A stretch of 63,914 nucleotides of DNA, filler included, from Vicugna vicugna (GCA_013265495.1; 75 parts of 71 records of this genome joined end to end with filler, not necessarily neighbours in it); one strand, 5' to 3'. Counted from the first letter of the whole stretch, positions 50,040-62,186 are shown. Notes: a model not told the origin generated them from the sequence alone. Numbers and translations: made by a program.

Positions 50040-51493
50040 AAATAAAATATAGAATACAGAACACTGAATATAGAATTTAGAACATAGAATGCGGAACACA
50101 GAATTTAGAATATAGAATACAATATACTGAATATATAATTTAGAATATGGAATGCAGAACACAGAATTTAGAATATAGAATACAGAATAATGAATATAGA
50201 ATTTCGAATATAGAATGTTTAAAAAAGAATATAGAATATAGAATAGAGAAAATAGAACCCAGAATTTACAACATGGAATGCAGAACACAGAATTTAGCGT
50301 ATAGAATAAAGAATACTGTATATAGAATTTAGAATATAGAATGTAGAACACAGAATATAGAATATAGAATAGGGAATACTGAGATTAGAATATAGAATGA
50401 AGAACACAGAATACAGAATAAAGTATAAGGAAAGAAAATATAGAATGCAGAATATAGACTGTAGAAAACAGAATATAGAATATGTAAAACAGAATACAGA
50501 CCCCAGAATATAGAACATGGAATGCAGAACACAGAATTTAGNNNNNNNNNNNNNNNNNNNNNNNNNNNNNNNNNNNNNNNNNNNNTTAATTAATTAANNN
50601 NNNNNNNNNNNNNNNNNNNNNNNNNNNNNNNNNNNNNNNNNATAGAATAGAGAATATAGAACCCAGAATTTAGAACATGGAGCAAATTACAATGAATTTA
50701 GACTATACAAAACAGAATACTGAATATAGAATTTAGAATATACAATGTAGAACAAGGAAAATAGAATATGGAATACCGAATGCAGAATAAAGAAGATAGA
50801 ATATAGAATACAGAATATACAATATGGAAAAGAGAATACAATACACAGAATTGAGAACAGGGAATGAAGAACACAGAATTTAGAATATAGAAAACAGAAT
50901 ACTGAATGTAGAATTTCATATATAGAATGTTGAACACAGAATATAGAATATCGAATAAAGAATACTGAATATTGAATTTAGAATGTAGAATGTAGAACGC
51001 AGTATATAGAATATAGATTAGAGAATATAGAACCCAGTATTTAGAACTTGGAATGCAGAACACAGAATTTAGAATATAGAATACAGAATACTGAATATAG
51101 AATATAGGATATAGAATATATAACACAGAGTATAGAATATAATACTGTATATAGAATATAGAATATAGAATGTAGAACACAGAATATAGAATGTAGAAAA
51201 AGGAACGCAGAATATAGAATACAGAATATAGAATATAGAACACAGAATATAGAATATACAATAGAGTATATGGAAACCAAAACTTAGAACATGGAATGTA
51301 GAACACAGAATATAAAATATAGAATACAGAATACGGAATATAGAATTTAGAATATAGACTTTAGAACACAGAATATGGAATGTAGAACACGGAAGGCAGA
51401 ATATTGTATACAGATTATACAATGTAGAACACAGAATTTAAAATATTTAAAGCAGAATATAGAACACGGAATTTAGAAAAGGAATGCAGAACA
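50040..51493 (-). repeat. Heptamer satellite E (two scaffolds)
   Basis: AGAATAT units. Confidence 0.95.
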
Positions 51494-51593
51494 NNNNNNN
51501 NNNNNNNNNNNNNNNNNNNNNNNNNNNNNNNNNNNNNTTAATTAATTAANNNNNNNNNNNNNNNNNNNNNNNNNNNNNNNNNNNNNNNNNNNN

Positions 51594-52811
51594 GTGGAAT
51601 ATCTTTCCCACCTCCAGAACACACACGAAGTCTTTCAGTTATCCTTAGTGTGGGGGGGCTCCTCCAAATGACAGCAGCGTTTGGGATCTAATAGAATTCC
51701 TTAGCTTGTAATACAAGTGTTTCCCTGGTCCAGGATGTGAGGGAAAGCTGGGGGTTGGGCTTGGAGTCCAAGTAGCAGTGAGTGCCCCCTGATCGATTGA
51801 GGAAGTACTTAGAGGACTTCTCCCTAAAGGGAACACTTTTGCCCCCATTCATCTGGGAGGAGTGGAGCTGCACAACTCCCCCACAAACAAGAATGTGTTC
51901 CGGAACCCTAAGTGTGGAGAAGTTCCTCCAAATGACAGCAGCGACTGGTTTCTAACTGAATCCATTTGCTTGTCTTCCCTGATGGTATGCCAAGGCAGGA
52001 GTGCGGGGAAACTGTGGTTTGTGATCCAAACAAAGTATTTGCGAGTACCTCTCTATGGTTAGTGGAGGTTTTTAAACTACATCCCTAACCTGGGAACACC
52101 TGTGCCCCCATATATATCCGTGGAGTCTGTTTCCAGACCTCCAGCACACACACGAACACTTGCACAGTTATCCTGAAAGTGGGCAGCCTCCTCCAACTGA
52201 CAGCAGGGCCTGGGTTCTAATAAAAACGCTTTACTAGTATTCCCTGTTTGGTTGCCTGATACGGAGTGCGGGGGAAAGTGGGGTTTGGCTATAAATCCAA
52301 GTATTAGCGAGTGCTTCTTCATGGGAAGTGGAGGTTATTAACCAAAAACCCACAACCTGGGAACACCTGTGCTCCTTGAAAAATGCGTGGACTCTGTTTC
52401 CCCACCTCCAGCACACACATGAAGNNNNNNNNNNNNNNNNNNNNNNNNNNNNNNNNNNNNNNNNNNNNTTAATTAATTAANNNNNNNNNNNNNNNNNNNN
52501 NNNNNNNNNNNNNNNNNNNNNNNNGTTGTGCTCTAAAACCAAGTATTAGCGAGTTCCTATATTTTGGCAGTGGAGGTGGTTAAAGTATATCCCCAACCTG
52601 GGAACACCTGTGCCCCCATAAAGATGCGTGGACTCTGTTTCCCTCCTGCAGCACACACACGACATTGGGTTCATATGTCTTGAGTGTGGGGAGGTTCCTG
52701 CAACTAACTGCAGCTCCTGGGTTGTAATACTATACCTTAACTGGAATTCCATGATGGTTTGCCATGGCCGGTGAACGGGGGAATGTTGGGATTGGGCTCT
52801 AAACCAAGTAT
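51594..52811 (-). repeat. Diverged satellite B (two scaffolds)
   Basis: Monomer types match 13600-14000 (reverse complement) and 32302-32570. Confidence 0.92.
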
Positions 52812-53234
52812 NNNNNNNNNNNNNNNNNNNNNNNNNNNNNNNNNNNNNNNNNNNNTTAATTAATTAANNNNNNNNNNNNNNNNNNNNNNNNNNNNNNNNN
52901 NNNNNNNNNNNAGTGTTGAGAAAAGTCCTCTTCATTTCCCTTGACATTTCCAGTAAAGATGGTTAGCAGAAGTGAAAACCACCTGCTTCAGAGTTGAAGG
53001 TGCTGTTTTGTGCGAAACTGACCAAAGGTTGGAAACCATTCATCTGCGGTGCTGGCAAATGAAGAGGCTTCTGGATTGGGTGGGGCACTTGCTGTGACTT
53101 CCAGGTGAACTGCTGGCTGGGGAGTGAGGCGGGCAGTATGTTTGCAGGGTGACCCGGGCATTATCCCTGGCTCTGAGGCACCCCTGAGGGCCCTACGGAG
53201 AGTGGAAACGTCCTCTTGGAGGGGAGGAAAAGCC

Positions 53235-53374
53235 TCTGAGCAGGGGGCCGGATGCACAGGCAAGACTAGCCTGAAAACGGAGGTTTCCGGGAGCCGGAAG
53301 GGAAGGAATCTGAGCAGGGGGCCGGATGCACAGGCAAGACTAGCCTGAAAACGGAGGTTTCCGGGAGCCGGAAG
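53235..53374 (+). repeat. Exact 66-bp direct repeat, 74-bp period
   Basis: 53235-53300 identical to 53309-53374; spacer GGAAGGAA. Confidence 0.95.
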
Positions 53375-54129
53375 TCATACAGTGGCCCAAACCACCTTGT
53401 TCCTGAGAGACTGGAGGGGAGGGATGCTGAAAAGGCAGGCTAGGGTCAGACAATTTGGTGGCTTATGAGTAACAATTTGGTATGAGTGACAGGAAATGGC
53501 TGGTCAGGCAGGCACGAGAGAACCCTGTGGGCGTCCCAGCTGGGGCGTCACGCCGAAGGGAAGAATAGAGTTATAGACTTTGCCCCTTATTTTATTANNN
53601 NNNNNNNNNNNNNNNNNNNNNNNNNNNNNNNNNNNNNNNNNTTAATTAATTAANNNNNNNNNNNNNNNNNNNNNNNNNNNNNNNNNNNNNNNNNNNNTGT
53701 TGATACTAAAATTTCTCTGGATCACCTGTCTTACTAGTCTATTATGATCCAGGAAGTGTTTACCCTTCATTGCTCATTCCCATACCTAGAATCACAATAT
53801 TATATGTATTTTATTCAGGATTATAAATTTTATCTATTTCTTCATGATGTTTAGCCATCACCAATCTTGTAGGCCTAGTTACACATTGGGAAATGTAAGA
53901 GACAACAATTTTATAAAATAGAAAGGATATAAGTAATTCAGCTAGTAAGGTTAATAAAGTTACGAGTAAGAATTTAATAGTCGAGAAGTTGTATNNNNNN
54001 NNNNNNNNNNNNNNNNNNNNNNNNNNNNNNNNNNNNNNTTAATTAATTAANNNNNNNNNNNNNNNNNNNNNNNNNNNNNNNNNNNNNNNNNNNNATCTAT
54101 AATTAGACAGCTATAAATAGATGTACACA

Positions 54130-54867
54130 GATAATTGTTTTACTTTAGGTTCCACATATAAATTATATTATATTCTTTTGTCTTTGTCTAAGTTACTTCA
54201 CTAAGCACAATATTTACTAAGTCCTTTCATGATGCTGAAATAGCAATGTGTTATACTTTTTCATGGCTGAGAAATATTCCATTGCATTGCATATTTATAG
54301 AAACATCATATCTTCTTAAGTCCATAGTCTACTGTGGACATTTGGATTGCTTCCCTGTCTTGCATATTATAAACAGTGCTGTTTTGAACATTGTTTCTTC
54401 TCAATTTAGGGTTTTTTCCCCAGATTTTTCCTAGCAAAGTTATTACTGTGTCTTATGGTAGTTAAATTTTAGTTTTTAAACAAATCTGAATAATGTTTCC
54501 TTAGAAGTTGTACCAATTTACATTCCTACCAAGAGTATATAAGAGATTTCTTACCTCCACATCGTCTCCAACACTTACTATTTGTAGATTTTTTGATAAT
54601 AGCCATTAGACAAGTGTGAAGTGATACCTCATTGTGGATTTGATTTGCAATTATGTAATAATTAGTAATGTTGAGAAATTTTATCATTTGCCTCTTACTC
54701 ATCTGAATGTGTTCTTTGGAAAAATATTAACTCAAGTACTCTGTTTCTGTTTCTGATTGGGTTTTTGTTTTCCAACTTGAGTTGTGTAACCTAAACCCAT
54801 GTTATATTTATTAACCTACATCTATTAACCCCAGGTCACTTGCGTTATTTGAAAATATGTTCTCCAA
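54130..54867 (-). mobile_element. LINE-1 ORF2 3' fragment
   Basis: TGTACCAATTTACATTCCTACCAA; GTGATACCTCATTGTGGATTTGATTTGCA. Confidence 0.92.
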
Positions 54868-55590
54868 NNNNNNNNNNNNNNNNNNNNNNNNNNNNNNNNN
54901 NNNNNNNNNNNTTAATTAATTAANNNNNNNNNNNNNNNNNNNNNNNNNNNNNNNNNNNNNNNNNNNNAGTGATAGGTTCTCCCTTGAAAGGAAGCATATC
55001 CCCTTCATGGGTAACACCTAGTTCATAACCTAAGTATTTCTATAGATGTAGAAGGGATATTTTCATTGGTTCTGCTATCAAAGACTTGTCTCCAAAAGAA
55101 CATGCCACCAGTTACACCATTTTCACCCATTTAAAGATATACTTAACAGGCTTCCTTCTTTACTGCAGTTTTAGGTTTACAGAAAAATTCACAGAAAGTG
55201 GAGTTCCTNNNNNNNNNNNNNNNNNNNNNNNNNNNNNNNNNNNNNNNNNNNNNNGGATGCCTTCTTTGACATCCTTCATTCCTCCTCCCCTAAAGTTTAA
55301 CATGCCTGATATTCACGACTCTTGTGACATTTATGTGCGATTTACATCACTTCTCACGTTTATGTGAGGTTTACTTTACAGCNNNNNNNNNNNNNNNNNN
55401 NNNNNNNNNNNNNNNNNNNNNNNNNNNNNNNNNNNNNNNNNNNNNNNNNNNNNNNNNNNNNNNNNNNNNNNNNNNNNNNNNNNNNNNNNNNNNNNNNNNN
55501 NNNNNNNNNNNNNNNNNNNNNNNNNNNNNNNNNNNNNNNNNNNNNNNNNNNNNNNNNNNNNNNNNNNNNNNNNNNNNNNNNNNNNNNNNN

Positions 55591-55686
55591 GTGCAGGTGG
55601 GCCCATCACTGCTTCTGTCATCAGTTTTATCATCGTGACTCTGAACGCCATATATGAGAAAGTGGTAATCATGATGCCTGACTCTG
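55591..55686 (+). pseudogene. ANO6: Decayed ANO6 (TMEM16F)-like exon fragment with retained splice donor
   Basis: 55605-55685 reads ITASVISFIIVTLNAIYEKVVIMMPDS versus ANO6 ITASIISFIIIMILNTIYEKVAIMITNF (from memory), then G|GTAAGC; one-codon deletion and an apparent frameshift just upstream. Confidence 0.8.
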
Positions 55687-55817
55687 GTAAGCTCCTCCTG
55701 CAGCTCAGGTCAGGTCANNNNNNNNNNNNNNNNNNNNNNNNNNNNNNNNNNNNNNNNNNNNTTAATTAATTAANNNNNNNNNNNNNNNNNNNNNNNNNNN
55801 NNNNNNNNNNNNNNNNN

Positions 55818-56911
55818 CCCTGAGGGTTTTCCTTATATCTCTGTGCAAGGGAATGCTAGGGGGGTTTGAAAGATATCCCAGTGATAGAGGCTGCGTCCAC
55901 AAGGTCAGGGAAGTTACTTCTCGGACTTTCCGGAACAGGGAAAACCTGTGACTGACGAGAGCTGCGTGGAGTTGTCTCTCGAGCTCCCCCACGCACTGAA
56001 AATCGTTCCGGAATCCTGAGCGTGGGGGGGTTCCACCAACGGTAGGCAGCGCGTGGGTTCTNNNNNNNNNNNNNNNNNNNNNNNNNNNNNNNNNNNNNNN
56101 NNNNNNNNNNNNNNNNNNNNNNNNNNNNNNNNNNNNNNNNNNNNNNNNNNNNNNNNNNNNNNNNNNNNNNNNNNNNNNNNNNNNNNNNNNNNNNNNNNNN
56201 NNNNNNNNNNNNNNNNNNNNNNNNNNNNNNNNNNNNNNNNNNNNNNNNNNNNNNNNNNNNNNNGGAATCCTGAGCTTGGGGAGGTTCCACCAACGGTCGG
56301 CAGCGCGTGGGTTCTAACGGAAAGCCTAAGCTCGACTCCCCTGAGGGTTTTCCTAATGTCTCTGTGCCAGGGAATGCTAGGGGGATTTGCAGGATATCCC
56401 AGTGACAGAGGCTGCCTCCTCAAGGTTTGGGAAGTTACTTCTCGGTCTTCCCCGAACAGGTAACACCAGTGACTGACGAGAGCTGCGTGTAGTTGTCTCT
56501 CGATATCCCCCACGCACTGACAATGGTTCCGGAATCCTGAGCGTGGGGAGGTTCCACCAACGGTCGGCAGCGCATGGGTTCTAACAGAAAGCCTAAGCTC
56601 GTCTCCCATGAGTGTTTTCCTAATGTCTCTCTGCCAGGGAATGCTAGGGGGGTTTGCAGGATATCCCAGTGACAGAGGCTGCCTCCCCAAGATAAGGGAA
56701 GGTATTTCTCGGACTTCCCCGAACAGGGAACACCTGTGACTGACGAGAGCTGCGTGGAGTTGTCTCTCGAGCTCCCCCACGCACTGACAATGATTCCGGA
56801 ATCCTGAGCTTGGGGAGGTTCCACCAACCGTCGACAGCGCATGGGTTCTAACAGAAAGCCTAACCACGTCTCCCCTGAGGGTTTTCCTAAAGTCTCTTTG
56901 CCAGGGAATGC
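55818..56911 (-). repeat. 267-bp satellite A
   Basis: GGAATCCTGAGC at 56264, 56531, 56798: exact 267-bp period. Confidence 0.97.
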
Positions 56912-57011
56912 NNNNNNNNNNNNNNNNNNNNNNNNNNNNNNNNNNNNNNNNNNNNTTAATTAATTAANNNNNNNNNNNNNNNNNNNNNNNNNNNNNNNNN
57001 NNNNNNNNNNN

Positions 57012-57878
57012 ATCGGTTTTAAAGTGAAAACGGCAGGCACTTCAAACCGGCAATAGTTAAAAGAATGAGAAACCAGAGTAAGTGTTTCTCCTGCAACCCG
57101 TTCCCATTGTGCTGGATGAACGAACGTCTCTCCCCATGCTCAGTTCTGAGAGATAAGTGTGTGTGAAAGCCGTCCTTCACCTAGCTTGAAGGGAACACAA
57201 AGTTTCTTTTCAGTTGCCAAATTCATTCCATACATATATATGGGGAGGTACAAGCTCAAACTCGGTTTTGCGGTGAAAACGTCAGGCACTTCAAACCGGC
57301 ACTTGGAAACAGACTGAGAAACCACAGTAAGGGTTTCTCCTGCAACCCGTTCCCTTTGTGCTGGATGAACGAAAGTATCTCCCCATGCTCATTTCTGAGT
57401 GATAAGTGTGTGTGAAAGCCGTCCTTCACCTAGCTTNNNNNNNNNNNNNNNNNNNNNNNNNNNNNNNNNNNNNNNNNNNNNNNNNNNNNNNNNNNNNNNN
57501 NNNNNNNNNNNNNNNNNNNNNNNNNNNNNNNNNNNNNNNNNNNNNNNNNNNNNNNNNNNNNNNNNNNNNNNNNNNNNNNNNNNNNNNNNNNNNNNNCGTT
57601 CCCTTTGGATGAACGAACGTCTCTCCACATGCTCAGTTCTGAGAGATAATTGGGTGTGAAAGCCATTCTTCACCTATCTTGTAGGGAACACAAAAATTCT
57701 TTTCAGTTGCAAACTCCACTCCATACAAATATGTGGGTAGGTACAAGCTCCAACTCGGTTTTACAGTGAAAACGGCAGGCACTTCAAAACGGCACTAGGA
57801 AACAGACTGAGAAACCAGAGTAAGGGTTTTACTTTCAACCCGTTCTCTTTGTGCTGGATGAACGAACGTCTCTCCACA
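57012..57878 (+). repeat. ~249-bp satellite C
   Basis: GAAAGCC at 57165 and 57414 (249 bp apart). Confidence 0.95.
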
Positions 57879-57978
57879 NNNNNNNNNNNNNNNNNNNNNN
57901 NNNNNNNNNNNNNNNNNNNNNNTTAATTAATTAANNNNNNNNNNNNNNNNNNNNNNNNNNNNNNNNNNNNNNNNNNNN

Positions 57979-58824
57979 GGGATCTATGGGATAATAGAAA
58001 GAATGCCAATCTTGGCATGATAGAAGTCCCAGAATGGGAAGAAAGATCAAAGTGGATTGCAAAGGTTTTTGTAGAAATCATGACTGAGAACTTCCCAAAC
58101 TTAAAGAAGGAATCAGATATCCAACTACAGGAAGCTCAAAGTGTCCCAAACAGGAAGAACCCAAATACACCCACATGAAGACATATAATTAAGATGGCCA
58201 GAGTCAAGGATAAAGGAATTATCCTAAAGGCAGCATGAGAATAGCAAAGAGTGAGTTATAAGGGAATCCCCGTAAGGCTCCCAGCTGATTTCACTACGCA
58301 AATACTACAAGCCAGAATGGCAAGATATATTCAAAGTCCTGAATGAAAGAAATGATATTCCGTAGTATATATTGATCAGCAAGGCTATCATTTATGGTAG
58401 AAGGAGACAAAAAGAATTTCACAGACAAGAAACATCTACAAGAGTTTAGAAACACTAGACCCATGTTAAAAGAAATATTGAAAGCTCCCCTCTAAAAAGA
58501 AAAGAAGCATGATGCTACAGAAATGTGAAACTCACAGCTGGAAAGGTGAAAGCTCATGAAGTATAAATAAAATAAACTTAAAATTTTAAAAAAATATATA
58601 CAAATCATTGACAGTGGAGAGGGAGGCAGGAAAATAGAGAATTTTGTTTTTTGGTCTTTGCTTTTAAAATATTTTGTTCTCAGTAGAATGGGTTTGAGAT
58701 CATGTTACTATCCATTTAATAAAAGCAGTTATATTAATGGTCTAGGGACTTATAAAAAACGGTAACAGAAGATAAAAATTTATCAGGGAGTCACAAAAAC
58801 TAAATAAAATTCAAGATAATACAA
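57979..58824 (+). mobile_element. LINE-1 ORF1 fragment and inter-ORF region, decayed
   Basis: DLWDN...VPE.EE...EIMTENFPNLKKESDIQLQEAQSVPNRKNP matches L1 ORF1. Confidence 0.92.
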
Positions 58825-58924
58825 NNNNNNNNNNNNNNNNNNNNNNNNNNNNNNNNNNNNNNNNNNNNTTAATTAATTAANNNNNNNNNNNNNNNNNNNN
58901 NNNNNNNNNNNNNNNNNNNNNNNN

Positions 58925-59639
58925 GGGGAGACGAGCACATGCATTCCCTTAGAACCCACGCGCTGTCGAACGTTGGTGCAACCTCCGCACGCTCAGGATT
59001 CCGGAACCATAGTCATTGATTGGGGGAGCCCGAGAGACAACTCCACGTCGCTCTCTTCAGTCACAGGTTTTCCCTGCTCGGGGAAGTCCGAAAAATATCT
59101 TCCCTCAACTTGGGGAGGCAGCCTCTGTCACTGGGAATTCCTGCAACACCCCCTAGCATTACCTGTCACAGACACATGAGGAAAACCCCCAGGGGAGACG
59201 AGCACAGGCTTTCCCTTAGAACCCACACGCTGCCGACCATTCGTGGAACCTCCCCTCGCTCAGGATTCCAGAACCATTTTCATTAAGTGGGGGAGCTCGA
59301 GAGACATCTCCAGGCAGCTCTCTTCAGTCACAGGTGTTCCCTGTTTGGTGAAGTCCGAGAAAGAACTTCCTTGACCTTGGGGAGTCAGCCACTGACACTG
59401 GGATTTTCTGTAACGCACCCTAGCATTCCCTGGGAGAGAGACATGAGGAAAAAACTCAGGGGAGACGAAAGAACCCACGCCGACAGTTGGTGGAACCTAA
59501 CCACGCTGAGGATTCCGGAAACATATTCATTGAGTGGGGGAGCTCGAGATACAACTCCAAGCAGCTCTCTTCAGTCACAGGTGATCCCAGCACAGGGAAG
59601 TCCGTGAAATAACTTCCCTGACCTTGGGGATGCAGCCTC
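58925..59639 (+). repeat. 267-bp satellite A, subfamily A2
   Basis: Same diagnostics as 3731-4673. Confidence 0.95.
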
Positions 59640-59739
59640 NNNNNNNNNNNNNNNNNNNNNNNNNNNNNNNNNNNNNNNNNNNNTTAATTAATTAANNNNN
59701 NNNNNNNNNNNNNNNNNNNNNNNNNNNNNNNNNNNNNNN

Positions 59740-60506
59740 TCCACATGCTCTCAACTCAGGAATGCATGTTTGTCAAACCCGTCACGTATGTAGTATGTAA
59801 GGAACACGGAATATTTTGTAGATGGAATCTATTCAAATTAAATATATCTAAGGTAGAATTCGCTCCAAGAAGTTTTTTCTGGGATCAAAGTGTGATTCTT
59901 GAAACTGGTGATAGGAAGAGGTACGNNNNNNNNNNNNNNNNNNNNNNNNNNNNNNNNNNNNNNNNNNNNNNNNNNNNNNNNNNNNNNNNNNNNNNNNNNN
60001 NNNNNNNNNNNNNNTCAGAAATGCATGTTTGAGGAATCCGAGATGCATGAAACATGCTCGTAATACGGAATGCCATTGTTATGTAAACATGTAAATTACA
60101 TGTGTATTGGTGAGAATTCGCTGAAAGAGTGTTTTCTGGTGCCAGATGTCCGATTTTAGAACCTGGTGATAGGAAAAAATTATGAAGTCAGAGGAAATAA
60201 TTCTAAGTATATATACGCATTGTTCGGAGGCTGAAAGGTCTGTAATCCACATGCTCACAAGTCAGAAATGCATGATTGCCGAATCCGTCATGCATGTAGC
60301 ATGTACGGAACCCGGAATGCCATGTTGATGGAATTCATATAAATTACATACCTATTAGGTGGAAATCGCTCCAGAAATATTTTTTTGTGAAAAATGCACG
60401 AATTCGAACCTGGTTTTAGGGAAAGCTTGTGAAAATGGGTACACGTGTTTAGATGGAAATTTTCCTTTTATAGAGGATGAAAGATTACTAATCCACATGC
60501 TCCCAA
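59740..60506 (+). repeat. ~246-bp satellite D, three distinct monomers
   Basis: TCCACATGCTC at 59740, 60246, 60492; the intervening copy falls in the gap. Confidence 0.92.
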
Positions 60507-60606
60507 NNNNNNNNNNNNNNNNNNNNNNNNNNNNNNNNNNNNNNNNNNNNTTAATTAATTAANNNNNNNNNNNNNNNNNNNNNNNNNNNNNNNNNNNNNN
60601 NNNNNN

Positions 60607-61805
60607 ATGTTCAATTAATATTTGACAGAGTAGCCAAGAATATGACAGAGACAAGACCACCTCTTCAACAACTGGTGTTGGGAAAACTGGATAGCAGCAT
60701 CACAGCAATGGAATTAGAAAAATCCTTCACTCCATACACAAGAATAAACTCAAAATTGCTTGAAGACTTCAATATAAGTCAATACACAGTGATTCTCCTA
60801 GAAGAAAACATAGGCAAAACACTCTGGGATAAATCTCAGCAATGATCTCCTAGAACAGCCTATCCAGGTAATGGATGTAAGAGCAAAATTAATAAATGGG
60901 ACCTAATTAAACTTATAAGCTTTTGCACAGCAAATGGAACCATAAACAAAGCAAAATGACAACCTACAGGATTAAAGAAAATATTTAGAAATGATGCAAC
61001 TGACAAAGGCTAAATTTTCAAAATATAAAGAATTCATACAGCCTAATAATAATAATAAAAAAACAAAGAAACCCAATCTGAAAATGGGCAGAAGCCCTAA
61101 ACAAGCAATTCTCCAATAGAGACATAAAAATGCCACACAGATATATGAAAAAGCAAAAACAATTGCTCACTATCATTATCAGAGAATGGCAATTCAAATC
61201 TATNNNNNNNNNNNNNNNNNNNNNNNNNNNNNNNNNNNNNNNNNNNNNNNNNNNNNNNNNNNNNNNNNNNNNNNNNNNNNNNNNNNNNNNNNNNNNNNNN
61301 NNNNNNNNNNNNNNNNNNNNNNNNNNNNNNNNNNNNNNNNNNNNNNNNNNNNNNNNNNNNNNNNNNNNNNNNNNNNNNNNNNNNNNNNNNNNNNNNNNNN
61401 NNNNNNNNNNNNNNNNNNNNNNNNNNNNNNNNNNNNNNNNNNNNNNNNNNNNNNNNNNNNNNNNNNNNNNNNNNNNNNNNNNNNNNNNNNNNNNNNNNNN
61501 NNNNNNNNNNNNNNNNNNNNNNNNNNNNNNNNNNNNNNNNNNTATTTACACAATGAAATAATATTCTGCAATAAAAAATGATAAAACAATGACATTTGCA
61601 GCAAAATGGATGTCCCCAAAAAGTGTCATTCTACTTGAAGTAAGCCAGAAAGAGAAAGAAAAATAACAGATGACATGACATATGTAGAACATTAAAATAA
61701 AATTTGGATGTGAACACTATGATTTCATCTACAAAACTGAAACACACTTGCAGACCTACATAATAATCTTATGGTTACTGCAGAAAGGGACTAGTAGAGG
61801 ATATA
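60607..61805 (+). mobile_element. LINE-1 ORF2 3' half and 3' UTR, decayed
   Basis: CTCTTCAACAACTGGTGTTGGGAAAACTGG; AATAAATGGGACCTAATTAAACTTATAAGCTTTTGCACAGCAAA. Confidence 0.93.
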
Positions 61806-62165
61806 NNNNNNNNNNNNNNNNNNNNNNNNNNNNNNNNNNNNNNNNNNNNTTAATTAATTAANNNNNNNNNNNNNNNNNNNNNNNNNNNNNNNNNNNNNNN
61901 NNNNNACCCACTCCCTCTGGGGACAGTTTATTCATGCGCTCGTGTAAATAGAATGTCATTTTCCTAGTAATACTTTATTTACCACTACTCTATTTCCTGG
62001 TTGTGATTTGCATTGTAAGGTATTACAAACTCATCCTGCTCATAGCTAAGAATTTTATATATTGCACAAGTACTCTGAAAAGCACTATACCATGGAAGGG
62101 AAAAAAACAGCTATGGAAACTAGGGATTACATCGTATATAAACACTTTTTCTGTTGCCATCTGCG

Positions 62166-62186
62166 ATGGATGGATGGATGGATGGA
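62166..62186 (+). repeat. (GGAT)n microsatellite running into a gap
   Basis: Direct reading. Confidence 0.85.

Noticed and set aside
50698..51306. Hydrophobic YILYS-rich ORFs (also 26273, 23026, 28211) resembling membrane proteins
   Set aside because: Translation of heptamer satellite E; low complexity
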